The translations under genes and the position numbers were made by a program. A stretch of 64,000 bases of DNA from Sphingobacteriales bacterium. GTDB taxonomy: Bacteria; Bacteroidota; Bacteroidia; Chitinophagales; JADIYW01. Of the stretch, positions 9,225 to 18,800 are shown piece after piece (the first letter of the stretch is position 1; the number at the start of each line of letters is the position of its first letter). The stretch spans positions 7,739 through 71,738 of the forward strand of contig CANHGL010000007.1 in NCBI GenBank assembly GCA_947460245.1, given 5' to 3'. The notes below the pieces were generated by a model that saw only the letters and a list, made by a program, of their open reading frames with translations, did not search any database and was not told the origin of the DNA.

Positions 9225-10736
9225 TTAAAGTTGACTAAAACAATTTTCAATCCTTCTTGCTGATGTTTCTCTGCCAAGTAGCAAAATAAGTTCGGGTATA
9301 GTAGGTCCGGATAACTCACCTACCAATGCGGCACGTATAAATTTCATCAGGTCACCTGTTTTTAATGAGTTGGCCACCGCAAAATCTTTCAGTTTATTTT
9401 CTATTGCAATGGTATCGTTTTCAGAACCATTAATTAGGGCCTGAATCAAGTCATCTAAAGGTAATCCATCTTTTATACTTCTTACTTTTGATAATACTGT
9501 TTCGTCGTATATTTCAGGAGATTTAAATAAGTATCCGTAATTATTGCTTAAGTCACTGAGGAAAACCAATCTTTCCTTTACGAGTCCGCATACATTTGAT
9601 AGATAATCAGTCGCTATATGCCCGAATTTTTTTTCTATATCTGCTTTAACTAAATCAGCTAATTTGTTATTGCTTAATTTCTTGATGTATTCTGCATTAA
9701 ACCATTTTGCCTTTTCGAAATCAAATTTAGCTCCTGCCTTATGGATCTGTTCAAGGCTAAATAAATTGATTAATTCTTCCTTAGAGAAGATTTCTTGCGT
9801 GCCTCCTGGATTCCATCCTAAAAAGACCAGCATATTAAGTACTGCTTCAGGTAAGTATCCTTTTTCTCTATACCCGCTACTGATTTCATGTGTTTTAGGG
9901 TCGGTCCATTCTAATGGGAATACTGGAAATCCCAGTCTGTCTCCATCGCGTTTGCTAAGTTTTCCATTCCCATCTGGTTTTAGTAGTAGTGGTAGATGTG
10001 CAAATTTAGGCATCACTTGTTCCCATCCAAGATATCTGTACAGTAATACGTGTAATGGTGCACTAGGCAGCCATTCCTCTCCACGAATAACATGAGAAAT
10101 CTGCATTATATAATCGTCGCACACATTTGCTAAGTGATATGTAGGCATACCATCGCTCTTGAGTAATACTTTGTCGTCCATCTGCACAGTATTTACAACT
10201 ACTATTCCTCTGATTTCATCGTGAAATCGGACATCTTCATTTTCCGGTAGTTTGATACGGATTACATAATGCTCTTTTTTATTCAGCCGATCTTCTACCT
10301 CTTGTTCGCTTAGGGTTAGCGAGTTTTTCATTTGCAATCGCGTTGCGGCATCGTATTTAGCATTCTGATTTACTGCCTTGAGTTGCTCTAGTTCTTCTTC
10401 GGTATCAAAAGCATAGTAAGCAAAACCACTTTTAATAAGTTGCTCTGCATATTGTCTATAACTGTCTTTTCTGTCGCTTTGTCTATATGGTGCGTAAGGA
10501 CCATCTCCAAAAGCAACACCTTCATTTGGACGAATATCCATCCACTTAAGCGCTTCAATGATATATTGTTCTGCACCAGGAACTAATCTGTTTTGATCCG
10601 TATCTTCTATACGTAAGATAAAATCGCCATTATGTTTTTTGGCGTATAAATAATTATATAATGCTGTACGAACTCCCCCAATGTGAAGGGGGCCGGTCGG
10701 ACTTGGTGCAAAGCGAACACGAACTCTTCTGGTCAT
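9225..10736 (-). CDS. gltX: Glutamate--tRNA ligase
   Basis: The protein has RVRFAPSPTGPLHIGGVRTALYNYL (HIGH region) and KLSKRDG (KMSKS). The track start at 10778 is TTG, and the ATG at 10736 (MTRRVRVRF) fits the usual N-terminus. Confidence 0.92.
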   Translation of the reverse strand: MTRRVRVRFAPSPTGPLHIGGVRTALYNYLYAKKHNGDFILRIEDTDQNRLVPGAEQYIIEALKWMDIRPNEGVAFGDGPYAPYRQSDRKDSYRQYAEQLIKSGFAYYAFDTEEELEQLKAVNQNAKYDAATRLQMKNSLTLSEQEVEDRLNKKEHYVIRIKLPENEDVRFHDEIRGIVVVNTVQMDDKVLLKSDGMPTYHLANVCDDYIMQISHVIRGEEWLPSAPLHVLLYRYLGWEQVMPKFAHLPLLLKPDGNGKLSKRDGDRLGFPVFPLEWTDPKTHEISSGYREKGYLPEAVLNMLVFLGWNPGGTQEIFSKEELINLFSLEQIHKAGAKFDFEKAKWFNAEYIKKLSNNKLADLVKADIEKKFGHIATDYLSNVCGLVKERLVFLSDLSNNYGYLFKSPEIYDETVLSKVRSIKDGLPLDDLIQALINGSENDTIAIENKLKDFAVANSLKTGDLMKFIRAALVGELSGPTIPELILLLGRETSARRIENCFSQL

Positions 10737-10884
10737 TCGGTAAAGGTAATAAGTAAATAGTAATTTATAAAAGCCCAAGTTTATGATATGATGATATTTT
10801 AAGCTATAGTTTCTTGAGTTTTAAACTAAAAGTAGCTGTCATGATACGCAAATAGTAATACTTCTTCTTACTTTTAAGTCAGGT

Positions 10885-11493
10885 ATGTATTTTGTTCGAA
10901 TTCCAAAGATTTTGCAAAGGTTGTTTTCATCTGTTATCTGGTGTTTGCCAAATGTGAAAAAGGAATTGTACCTCACCTTCGATGACGGTCCGCATCCGGA
11001 AATTACCCCATGGGTTTTAGAGCAGCTAAAAAAACATAAGGCTAAGGCTACCTTCTTTTGTTTGGGTGAAAATGTAAAACGATATCCGGAATTACTGCAG
11101 CGAATTATAAACGAAGGACATTCGGTTGGTAATCACTCATATGCTCATTTGGATGGTTGGAAAACGAAAGATGAGGATTTTCTTAAAGATGTATATAAGG
11201 CACACAATATTATAGCTTCTCCATTATTTCGCCCTCCTTATGGTAAGTTAACAAGCATGCAGATAGCTCGTCTTCAAACTCAGTTTACTATCATTAATTG
11301 GTCTCTTATGCCGGGAGATTTTGATGCTTCTATTTCTAGTGAACAATGTTTCAGAAATCTCCTGAAAGCTAAGTCCGGGGATATAGTTTGTTTGCATGAT
11401 AATGAGCAATCGGAACAGCATCTTAAATGGATTCTTCCTAAATTTTTAGATCAGTACTCTTCCTTTGTATTTCAAAAAATTCAGTTGGATTGA
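10885..11493 (+). CDS. Polysaccharide deacetylase (NodB-type) family protein
   Basis: It has LTFDDGPHPEITP (the NodB DD motif), ATFFCLGENV, and the HSYAH histidine motif. Confidence 0.85.
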   Translation: MYFVRIPKILQRLFSSVIWCLPNVKKELYLTFDDGPHPEITPWVLEQLKKHKAKATFFCLGENVKRYPELLQRIINEGHSVGNHSYAHLDGWKTKDEDFLKDVYKAHNIIASPLFRPPYGKLTSMQIARLQTQFTIINWSLMPGDFDASISSEQCFRNLLKAKSGDIVCLHDNEQSEQHLKWILPKFLDQYSSFVFQKIQLD

Positions 11494-11517
11494 TAATCTG
11501 TTGCTTAAATTTACGCT

Positions 11518-12303
11518 ATGATTTTAGTAGACACACATACACATTTATATGAAGATGCTTTTGATACTGATAGAGTGCAAATGATTGAGCATGCCATAAA
11601 TGAGGGTGTTTTCAAAATGATAATTCCTAACGTAGACTCTTCTACTATAATGCCCATGTTGGATATTGTTAATGAATTTCCATTAAATATATTTCCAATG
11701 ATGGGGTTGCACCCTTGTTATGTAAAGCCAGAAACCTACAAGCAGGAATTAGAGATGATTAAGCGTTATCTGTTTGAAAGTAATATTAAGCCTTCAAGCA
11801 ATTTTGTAGCAGTTGGAGAGATTGGTATAGATCTGCATTGGGATAAGACTACTTTAGAGATACAAAAAGAGGCTTTTGAGCTGCAATGTGATTGGGCGAT
11901 AGAGCGTAATTTGCCAATCGCTATTCATTCCAGAGATTCTACTGCTATACTCATAGAGATCCTGAGAGAACGTAATGAAAATCCATGCGGCGTATTCCAT
12001 TGTTTTACCGGCAGTTTGGAAGAGGCGAAGCAAATAATTGATCTGGGCTTTATGCTGGGTATTGGAGGTGTAGTTACATACAAGAACACGCATTTGCGAG
12101 ATACCTTAAGGCATATCCCTTTAGAGCATATTGTATTGGAAACAGATGCCCCATATTTACCTCCTGTTCCTTTCCGTGGTCAAAGAAATGAGTCTTCTTA
12201 TACTAAAATAGTTGCTGAAACGTTGTGTTCTGTATATGATAAGGGGTTAGATGAAATTGCATCTACAACTACAGCAAATGCACATAAATTATTTTCTATA
12301 TGA
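11518..12303 (+). CDS. tatD: TatD family metal-dependent hydrolase
   Basis: The protein has an N-terminal DTHTHL, plus GEIGIDLHW, IHSRDS, FHCFTG and ETDAPYL. Length is 261 aa. Confidence 0.9.
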   Translation: MILVDTHTHLYEDAFDTDRVQMIEHAINEGVFKMIIPNVDSSTIMPMLDIVNEFPLNIFPMMGLHPCYVKPETYKQELEMIKRYLFESNIKPSSNFVAVGEIGIDLHWDKTTLEIQKEAFELQCDWAIERNLPIAIHSRDSTAILIEILRERNENPCGVFHCFTGSLEEAKQIIDLGFMLGIGGVVTYKNTHLRDTLRHIPLEHIVLETDAPYLPPVPFRGQRNESSYTKIVAETLCSVYDKGLDEIASTTTANAHKLFSI

Positions 12304-12355
12304 TTTCTATTAATTAGCTTTATATGTCTATAATGATAACACAAATTATATTTTT

Positions 12356-13282
12356 ATGAAAAGAATACTATTTTTTGGCAGTATCTGTTTCTTTTTGTTT
12401 TCCTGTAAAAAAAATGATACACCAGCAGCAGAGCCAAGGTTGATTTTTAAGTTTAAATTTGATTCTACTCAGATTAGATTGAATAATACAGGAGATCCTT
12501 CCTTTGTGCCTGCAGGAAATGCAGCCCAATCACCCGTTTTTCATAGTATGTCTGCTCATTATATTGAGATTGCACAGGAGGCTTTAACGCCATTTGGAAG
12601 TTTATCAAACGTCTTATACAAAAATGCAGAAGTTACTACAGGTGGATCAAATGCAATTGATTTTTCTAAATCTATTATCAAAGCTGAAGGAGAAGAATTC
12701 TTTTCAGTGCCTTTGAAAAACTTAAAGCCAGACACCTATAAATGGTTGAGAATATCTTTAGCATATCAAAACTATGATATCAAAATGACATATAGAACTC
12801 CATCATATAACAGTGGCAATCCTTTTGAAATTAATGGCACAGTCGCTTCTTTCTTAGGTTTTAATACTTATGTCACTTCCTATGATTTGAATGGGGAGAC
12901 AATGGTTGTCAACGCAAATAGGAAACAGGGGTATGGAGCGGTAAAACCTTTCAATATTCCTGTTTTAGGCACCATTAATGCAGTATCTTGGAATCCGCCT
13001 GCAACAGGCAGAACAACTGTTGTAAATCCTTATGCAGTGGCATTGGGTATACCTGCAGGATCATGTCTGGTAGTGGCACAGTTTTCCAATCCAATAGTAA
13101 TTACAGGAAGTGAAATAAAAGATATCGTTGTTACTGTGTCTTTATCTATTAATAAAAGCTTTGAATGGGTAGATAAGAATCAGGATGGTTTATTCGAGCC
13201 TATCGATGGCTTGAATGGAAATGCCATAATGGATTCCGTAGTAGATATGGGTATACGGGGTATGATTCCAATTGTTAATTAA
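12356..13282 (+). CDS. Hypothetical lipoprotein
   Basis: The signal sequence with lipobox reads ...CFFLFSCKK, with Cys at position 17. The protein is beta-rich and I recognise no catalytic motif. Confidence 0.65.
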   Translation: MKRILFFGSICFFLFSCKKNDTPAAEPRLIFKFKFDSTQIRLNNTGDPSFVPAGNAAQSPVFHSMSAHYIEIAQEALTPFGSLSNVLYKNAEVTTGGSNAIDFSKSIIKAEGEEFFSVPLKNLKPDTYKWLRISLAYQNYDIKMTYRTPSYNSGNPFEINGTVASFLGFNTYVTSYDLNGETMVVNANRKQGYGAVKPFNIPVLGTINAVSWNPPATGRTTVVNPYAVALGIPAGSCLVVAQFSNPIVITGSEIKDIVVTVSLSINKSFEWVDKNQDGLFEPIDGLNGNAIMDSVVDMGIRGMIPIVN

Positions 13283-13831
13283 TTACTGTCCGTATTGAAT
13301 AGGTAGGGTTATATAGCAGTTTACCTCTTTGCCATTTTGTTTCCCGGGGGTCCACTTGGGCATGCCGTCTATCAGCATAATAGTTTGTAAGTCAAAAGAC
13401 GGATCATTTGTCTTTATTATTTTTGGATCTTTTGCATCTCCAAGCGTATTGATATAGAATTTAATCATCACAGTTGCTTTCTTGCCCACTAGGGTGTCCG
13501 GAATAAATGCAATTCCAGATGCTATGTAGTCTTTTAGTCCCTTGTCTCCATCCGGGAATTGCGGCATAAGTTCTGCTTTCTCCAGGATTATACTTTCATC
13601 GTCTATATTTGAAGCGGAAGTACTTTGATTTTCTTCAGTTTTCGTTTGATACATAAATGGTCGTGCAATCGAGTCGGCACGACGCTCTCCCTCTAGCATC
13701 TTCTCAATATCGCCACCGTACTTACTGTAGAGGATATCATTTTTTGGGTAAGAATTCTTGGGAGGTTTAAATCCTGTCATTACAATAAATACAAATAATA
13801 TAATTAGTATGGATAGGTGTCTGTTTTTCAT
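13283..13831 (-). CDS. TonB C-terminal-domain-like protein (short, no Pro-rich spacer)
   Basis: It has an N-terminal TM segment. The C-terminal ~90 aa read AELMPQFPDGDKGLKDYI...VMIKFYINTLGDAKDPKI...MPKWTPGKQNGKEVNCYITLPIQY, which matches the TonB_C / energy-transducer pattern. Confidence 0.6.
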   Translation of the reverse strand: MKNRHLSILIILFVFIVMTGFKPPKNSYPKNDILYSKYGGDIEKMLEGERRADSIARPFMYQTKTEENQSTSASNIDDESIILEKAELMPQFPDGDKGLKDYIASGIAFIPDTLVGKKATVMIKFYINTLGDAKDPKIIKTNDPSFDLQTIMLIDGMPKWTPGKQNGKEVNCYITLPIQYGQ

Positions 13832-13906
13832 GTTTTACTTTTTATTAACTTAAAAAAATATGCTTTTAATAGAAGATGTCTTTTTTTTAGTAGCGGGATT
13901 AAAATA

Positions 13907-14254
13907 TCATTGCTTGTATTGATAGGCTCCAATAAAGGAAACTATTGAAAATATAAAGTAAGCTATAAAAAAGAATAAAAATGCAATAGTTGTGGGTTCT
14001 TTAACCATCAATAGATAGATAATTACCAATAGGGCTGAAAGGCAGAATTTAATGGTAATGGCAGCAATATTAGATCCCAGCATTTTTTTAGACCCGGATT
14101 TATTATACCTGCGGATAATTAGGTAATGTATAATAGATATCGATGCCATGCCTAAGCTCATCCATCTATAAGCAAAAACAAGGTGTTGGTCAATAAAGAA
14201 ACTGCTAAGTATGAATAACAGGGCGATAATGATTATCAAAACTGGCCATTTCAT
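13907..14254 (-). CDS. Small integral membrane protein (about 4 TM), function unknown
   Basis: This 115-aa protein is almost entirely hydrophobic helices. Its ATG start lies 1 nt downstream of the preceding gene's stop, so it is the last gene of the M23-bactofilin operon. Confidence 0.6.
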   Translation of the reverse strand: MKWPVLIIIIALLFILSSFFIDQHLVFAYRWMSLGMASISIIHYLIIRRYNKSGSKKMLGSNIAAITIKFCLSALLVIIYLLMVKEPTTIAFLFFFIAYFIFSIVSFIGAYQYKQ

Positions 14255-14255
14255 T

Positions 14256-14480
14256 TTAGCGCATTTGTTTCATAATTCTATAAAAGCTGATGAAAAAGCC
14301 AGCGCACAATAATAAAATTACAAGAAATGGAGTAGTGTGAAATTTCTTATCAAGGAAATATCCTAAAGCCGTGAAAATACCTATGAAAGCAAACATCTCG
14401 AAGGCCATGCCAGTGTATGCGAGCCAGCTCTTGTTGCTTTTATCCGGCTGTTTGCGCTGCACTTGTTTGGGACTGTCCAT
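14256..14480 (-). CDS. AtpZ/AtpI-like small membrane protein
   Basis: The protein is 74 aa. A basic N-terminus is followed by WLAYTGMAFEMFAFIGIFTALGYFLDKKF and a second TM segment, which is the layout of AtpZ-type proteins. Its ATG at 14480 overlaps the bactofilin 3' end by 41 nt. Confidence 0.55.
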   Translation of the reverse strand: MDSPKQVQRKQPDKSNKSWLAYTGMAFEMFAFIGIFTALGYFLDKKFHTTPFLVILLLCAGFFISFYRIMKQMR

Positions 14481-14874
14481 TGCCGGCAGTGTTTTGAGTG
14501 GATTGGTGAAGTGGTTTTGTTACAGTAGATGAGTTTACCAATGATCCACTGATATTTGCCCCTTCTTCCACAATCAGTTTTTTATACCTTACCTCACCTT
14601 CAAATGCTGCAGTAGATCTAAAAAACAGAATGCCATTAACATCTAAATTCCCTTTTATTTTTCCCTCTATAGTGAGGTCATTACACTTGATGTGTCCTGT
14701 AATTTGTGCCTGAGGTCCAATAACTACCTTGGAAGAGCTGCTGATATTGCCTAATACCTTTCCATCTAAACGAATATCTGTCTGTGCAGATATATCACCT
14801 GTGATAGTGGTTCCTTCATTTATTTTATTAGCGACCATAGTTTCTATATTGCTTTTCTGAATCTTTGTAAACAT
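14440..14874 (-). CDS. Bactofilin family polymer-forming cytoskeletal protein
   Basis: A repetitive beta-helix pattern is present: TTITGDISAQTDIRLDGKVLGNISSSSKVVIGPQAQITGHIKCNDLTIEGKIKGNLDV. The C-terminal tail is S/T/Q-rich. The track start at 14880 is TTG, and the ATG at 14874 (MFTKIQ) is more likely. Confidence 0.85.
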   Translation of the reverse strand: MFTKIQKSNIETMVANKINEGTTITGDISAQTDIRLDGKVLGNISSSSKVVIGPQAQITGHIKCNDLTIEGKIKGNLDVNGILFFRSTAAFEGEVRYKKLIVEEGANISGSLVNSSTVTKPLHQSTQNTAGNGQSQTSAAQTAG

Positions 14875-14880
14875 ATGCAA

Positions 14881-15744
14881 TTATTTTAAAAATTTAGAGG
14901 GATCAAAGGATTGACCTTTGTACCAAATTTCAAGGCTACAGGAATAACCTTTTGTGGAATTACTCTTTCCAGCGTTGGCTATAACTTCACCGCGACTTAC
15001 GAAGGTACCTATTTTCTTTAATATTTTACTGTTATTTTTTAATATGTATACTAGTTGATTTTCAGACTGTACAGCAATAAAATACTGATCTGTAGTGGTA
15101 TATCCTGTTAGTATAACATGCCCAGGGAGTACCGCCTTTACCGCCTCTTCGGGATCAGCAGAGAGTTCAATATTCCTTGTATTTTGACTGAATTTAGTAA
15201 GGATACCACCAGAAACTGGAGCATACAACGCTAAGTCTTTTAAGCCATTTGTGCGTGCATCCTGAACTGATTTTAATAATTCTATATTTTGTAGCCCTTT
15301 CTCCATATTCCCAATGAACTTGGATTCATCGTTTGATTTTAGGCTAAGAACGCTCGTGTCTACATTTACTTTATTGATTTTACCGGTAACGGCATCCACA
15401 ACAACCTTGCTATTTAGGATATTTTGAAGATTTGTAAGGTATTTCTGTTGTGCTAGCATTTTTTCTTCCAAGTCTTCTGACTTCATACTGATTTTTAGTA
15501 TTTCCTTACGACCATAAGAGGATCCATACCCCGGAACATATTGTTTTAGCGGTGTGAATGAAATCAGTGCAAAATTTAAGAAGGTGAAAAAAAGAATTAC
15601 CAACCCACTGATGATAATAACATTCAGCCTATTGAGTTCTATTACCATCTTCACGGCATAGCTCTTCTCATCAATAATCTGAAAACGGTAGGTGTCTTTT
15701 AACTTTTCTCGCCATTTGTTCCAGCGCTGTCTGTTTATTGCCAT
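14881..15744 (-). CDS. Membrane-anchored M23/LytM-fold protein with degenerate active site
   Basis: It has an N-terminal TM segment (VIIISGLVILFFTFLNFALISF). The C-terminal LytM fold shows PVSGGILTKF...GEVIANAGKS...DPSKFL, but the canonical HxxxD and HxH positions read NIELS and CSLEIW. Confidence 0.75.
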   Translation of the reverse strand: MAINRQRWNKWREKLKDTYRFQIIDEKSYAVKMVIELNRLNVIIISGLVILFFTFLNFALISFTPLKQYVPGYGSSYGRKEILKISMKSEDLEEKMLAQQKYLTNLQNILNSKVVVDAVTGKINKVNVDTSVLSLKSNDESKFIGNMEKGLQNIELLKSVQDARTNGLKDLALYAPVSGGILTKFSQNTRNIELSADPEEAVKAVLPGHVILTGYTTTDQYFIAVQSENQLVYILKNNSKILKKIGTFVSRGEVIANAGKSNSTKGYSCSLEIWYKGQSFDPSKFLK

Positions 15745-15828
15745 GTGAGATGATGATTAAGCAAATTTCACTGAAATAAGTAAAATAAATTTAGGAAATT
15801 GCGTTAAAATTAGGGAATTATAACGAGC

Positions 15829-18800
15829 ATGCGTCTATCTACGGCTAAAAAACTGCTACTCTTGACTTTATCTCTTGTCTTTTTTTTGGTAGACAGTTCA
15901 GCTGAAAACAAAAAGAAGAAGGCGTCTGAGTATCAAAAACCTAACATTATCAAGATGGCATGGGGTGATCTCACTACCCGAAATAATTACTATTTCAATG
16001 CCAGTGAGTTATTTAAGGAGATTGTCCATAATTATGAGTTTCAGCGTCAGTTAGATTACAATGAACTTCTGCCTTTCTATTTTCATGACGGTGCAGATTT
16101 TTCTGGTAATACCACTGAATTAGAAACCATAGCCCGCAAAACCGGTATAGTCTTGCAGTTGCATGATTATAGTCGCTGGAGGGATAATGCATTTTTATTG
16201 TTAGGTAAGTCGCAGTTTCTCAGGAAGCAATATGATACTTCTCTAATTACTTTCCAGTACATCGTAACAACGATGAAGCCTGGAAAGATGAATATGAAAG
16301 TTGAATTTAGTAATAAAGACCGCCTGAAATATATTCGTAAGCGACAAAAAGAGTTGGCAAAAAAAGCTGGGGAGAAGAAGAAATTTATTGAAATTAAATT
16401 TAAGAAGGATCAGGAAGAGGCCCAGCAAAAGGCAGAAACAGCCCGTGAAAAGCAATTAGCTGCCATCAAGCAAAAGCAAAAACAATTAGAAGAAATAATT
16501 AAGGCAAAAAAGAAAATCATTGCTTTACAAAAGAAAGGAAAGAAGATTCCTCCTGAACTTTTAGCCAAGGCGAAAGCCAAGACCACCAAAGTTGATTCTG
16601 CAACTATACAGCAAGTTCAGCCTATCAAGAAAACACAAAAGCCTAATTACGCCACCAATCTGCCTTATATTCTGTTGGGGGATCAGTATGTTAAAAATCC
16701 ATACTATAAAGATTCCACTGGTGACAGAGCTAACCAAAGACCATTGGATAGTTTATCAAAGAAAGCAGAAGAAAAATTTGATAAACTTAGTTTTTGGGAA
16801 AAAATCAAACACAAACCATCTCGGCCTGAAGCAATTGTATGGATGGCTAAATCCCTTATAGAACTTGAAAACTATGCGGATGCAAAAAGTATGATTTCTT
16901 ACGGTAAGGCATTGCGTAAATTAACCAAAAAGCAACGTCGTGAGTTTTATCTTATAGATGCATATTATCATATCCGAAGAGAGGATTATTCTCCCGCTAT
17001 TGAGGAGATCGAAAATGCTTTACTTTATTTCAAGAAGAAAAAAGACAAAGCCTATTATGAATACATCTTAGCCCAGTTGTATTCAAAAAATAATCAGCCT
17101 GCGGACGCTGTAGATTATTTTGTTAAGGCGGGTAAGCACACTAAAACAGAGGAAATGACTCTTTTCTCTCAAATGCAGTTGGCTAATTTATACAGTAAAA
17201 ATCCTGATCTGGCAGATCAGGATGTGGTGAATATGTTATCTAAATTGATTCGATTTGGAAAGAACAGGGAGCATGCAGACGAGGTGTTCTATACCATGGC
17301 TAATTATTTTTATTTTCAGAAAGATACTACCAATGCAGTGGTCTTCTTGCAAAAGTCGGTTAATAAATCTATAGCTAATCCAAACCAAAAAGGAAAGTCC
17401 TTTCTGCGTTTAGGAGAGATTGCTTATGATAGAGAAGACTATGTAGTAGCTGCAGGTTTTTACGATAGTGCTATAGCTTATTTGCCTGTTGGATATGAAA
17501 ACTATGATCAGATTCAAAGCAGAAAGAAGACATTGAGTGAACTGGCTATTTATGTTCAGGTAATCAAAGAGCAAGATAGTCTTCAGCGTTTGGGAAAGTT
17601 AAGTCCCAAAGAATTGGATAAGTTTCTTTCTGATGTAAAATCAAAACAGGAAAAAGAGGAGCGAAAGAAATCGAGGTTTACATCAGAAGGAGGAGCGAAT
17701 ACAATACAGCAGACAGGTTTAGTATCTGCGAATGTTATTTCTAATGGCTTATGGTATTTTTACAACCTAGAAACAAAGAGTAAGGGGTTTAATGAGTTTG
17801 TAAGTATTTGGGGAGATAGAAAGCTGGAAGCTAATTGGAGAAGAAGTAATAAGAGTGGATTTACAGACGATTTTAATGCTCCTGCAATTAATACTATTGA
17901 TACCTCTTCCATCCCAGCTTCTAAAGGTATTAAGAGATTAGTGCCATTAAAAACTGCTACTGATAGTTTATCGATTCCGAAGACACCCGAGGCATTTATG
18001 GCGTCTGATAAGAAGATTGCAAATGCTCTTTTTGGTATCGGTGAAATCTTTAAAAATAAGTTGGGTAACCTTTCCAAAGCAAAGCAGGCATTTGATGATT
18101 TGATACGAAGGTATCCAAACAGTGAATTTGATGTCAAGGCTCATTACTATGAGTATCTTATTTATTTGGATTTAAACTTGGTAGGATTAGCCCAGAAAGA
18201 AAAACAATATATACTTGAAAATTATCCCATTTCAGAAGTTGCAGAGGTGTTAAATAAAAACGGAGTTAAGGATCCTTCAACAGCCTCATCTACCAGGGCG
18301 CAAATCCTTTATGATTCAACGTATCAATTATTTTTGTCAGGAAATTGTGATCAGGTAATTATCAATAAGAAGTTTGCCAAAATGAAATATCCTGCTGCTG
18401 CCGAACTTGCTAACTTTGAATTTTTAGAGGCTGTCTGTTATGGTAAAAACAAGCAATTTGATTTATATAAGAAAGCGTTGTCTGAGATTATAACAAAATA
18501 TCCATCAGGTGCCATTAGGCAGAAGGCGCTGGATTACTTATCCGCATATCTTGATTTTCAAGGAAAGCCTTCGGATACTCTGGCACAAAAGGTCTCCATT
18601 CCCAAAGATACAGTGACGATTATTAGAGATAGTCTGGCGGATGAGTTTATAGTAGATACTACTAATTTGTGGGTGTTAGTACAATTGAAAGATAAATACA
18701 TTCGTGTATCAGATGTTGTAGAACAGGTTAAAGTATTTAACCAAAAGAATTTTAGTGATTTGAAGTTGAAAATAAATCCTGTTTTTTTTGAAGGCTATGC

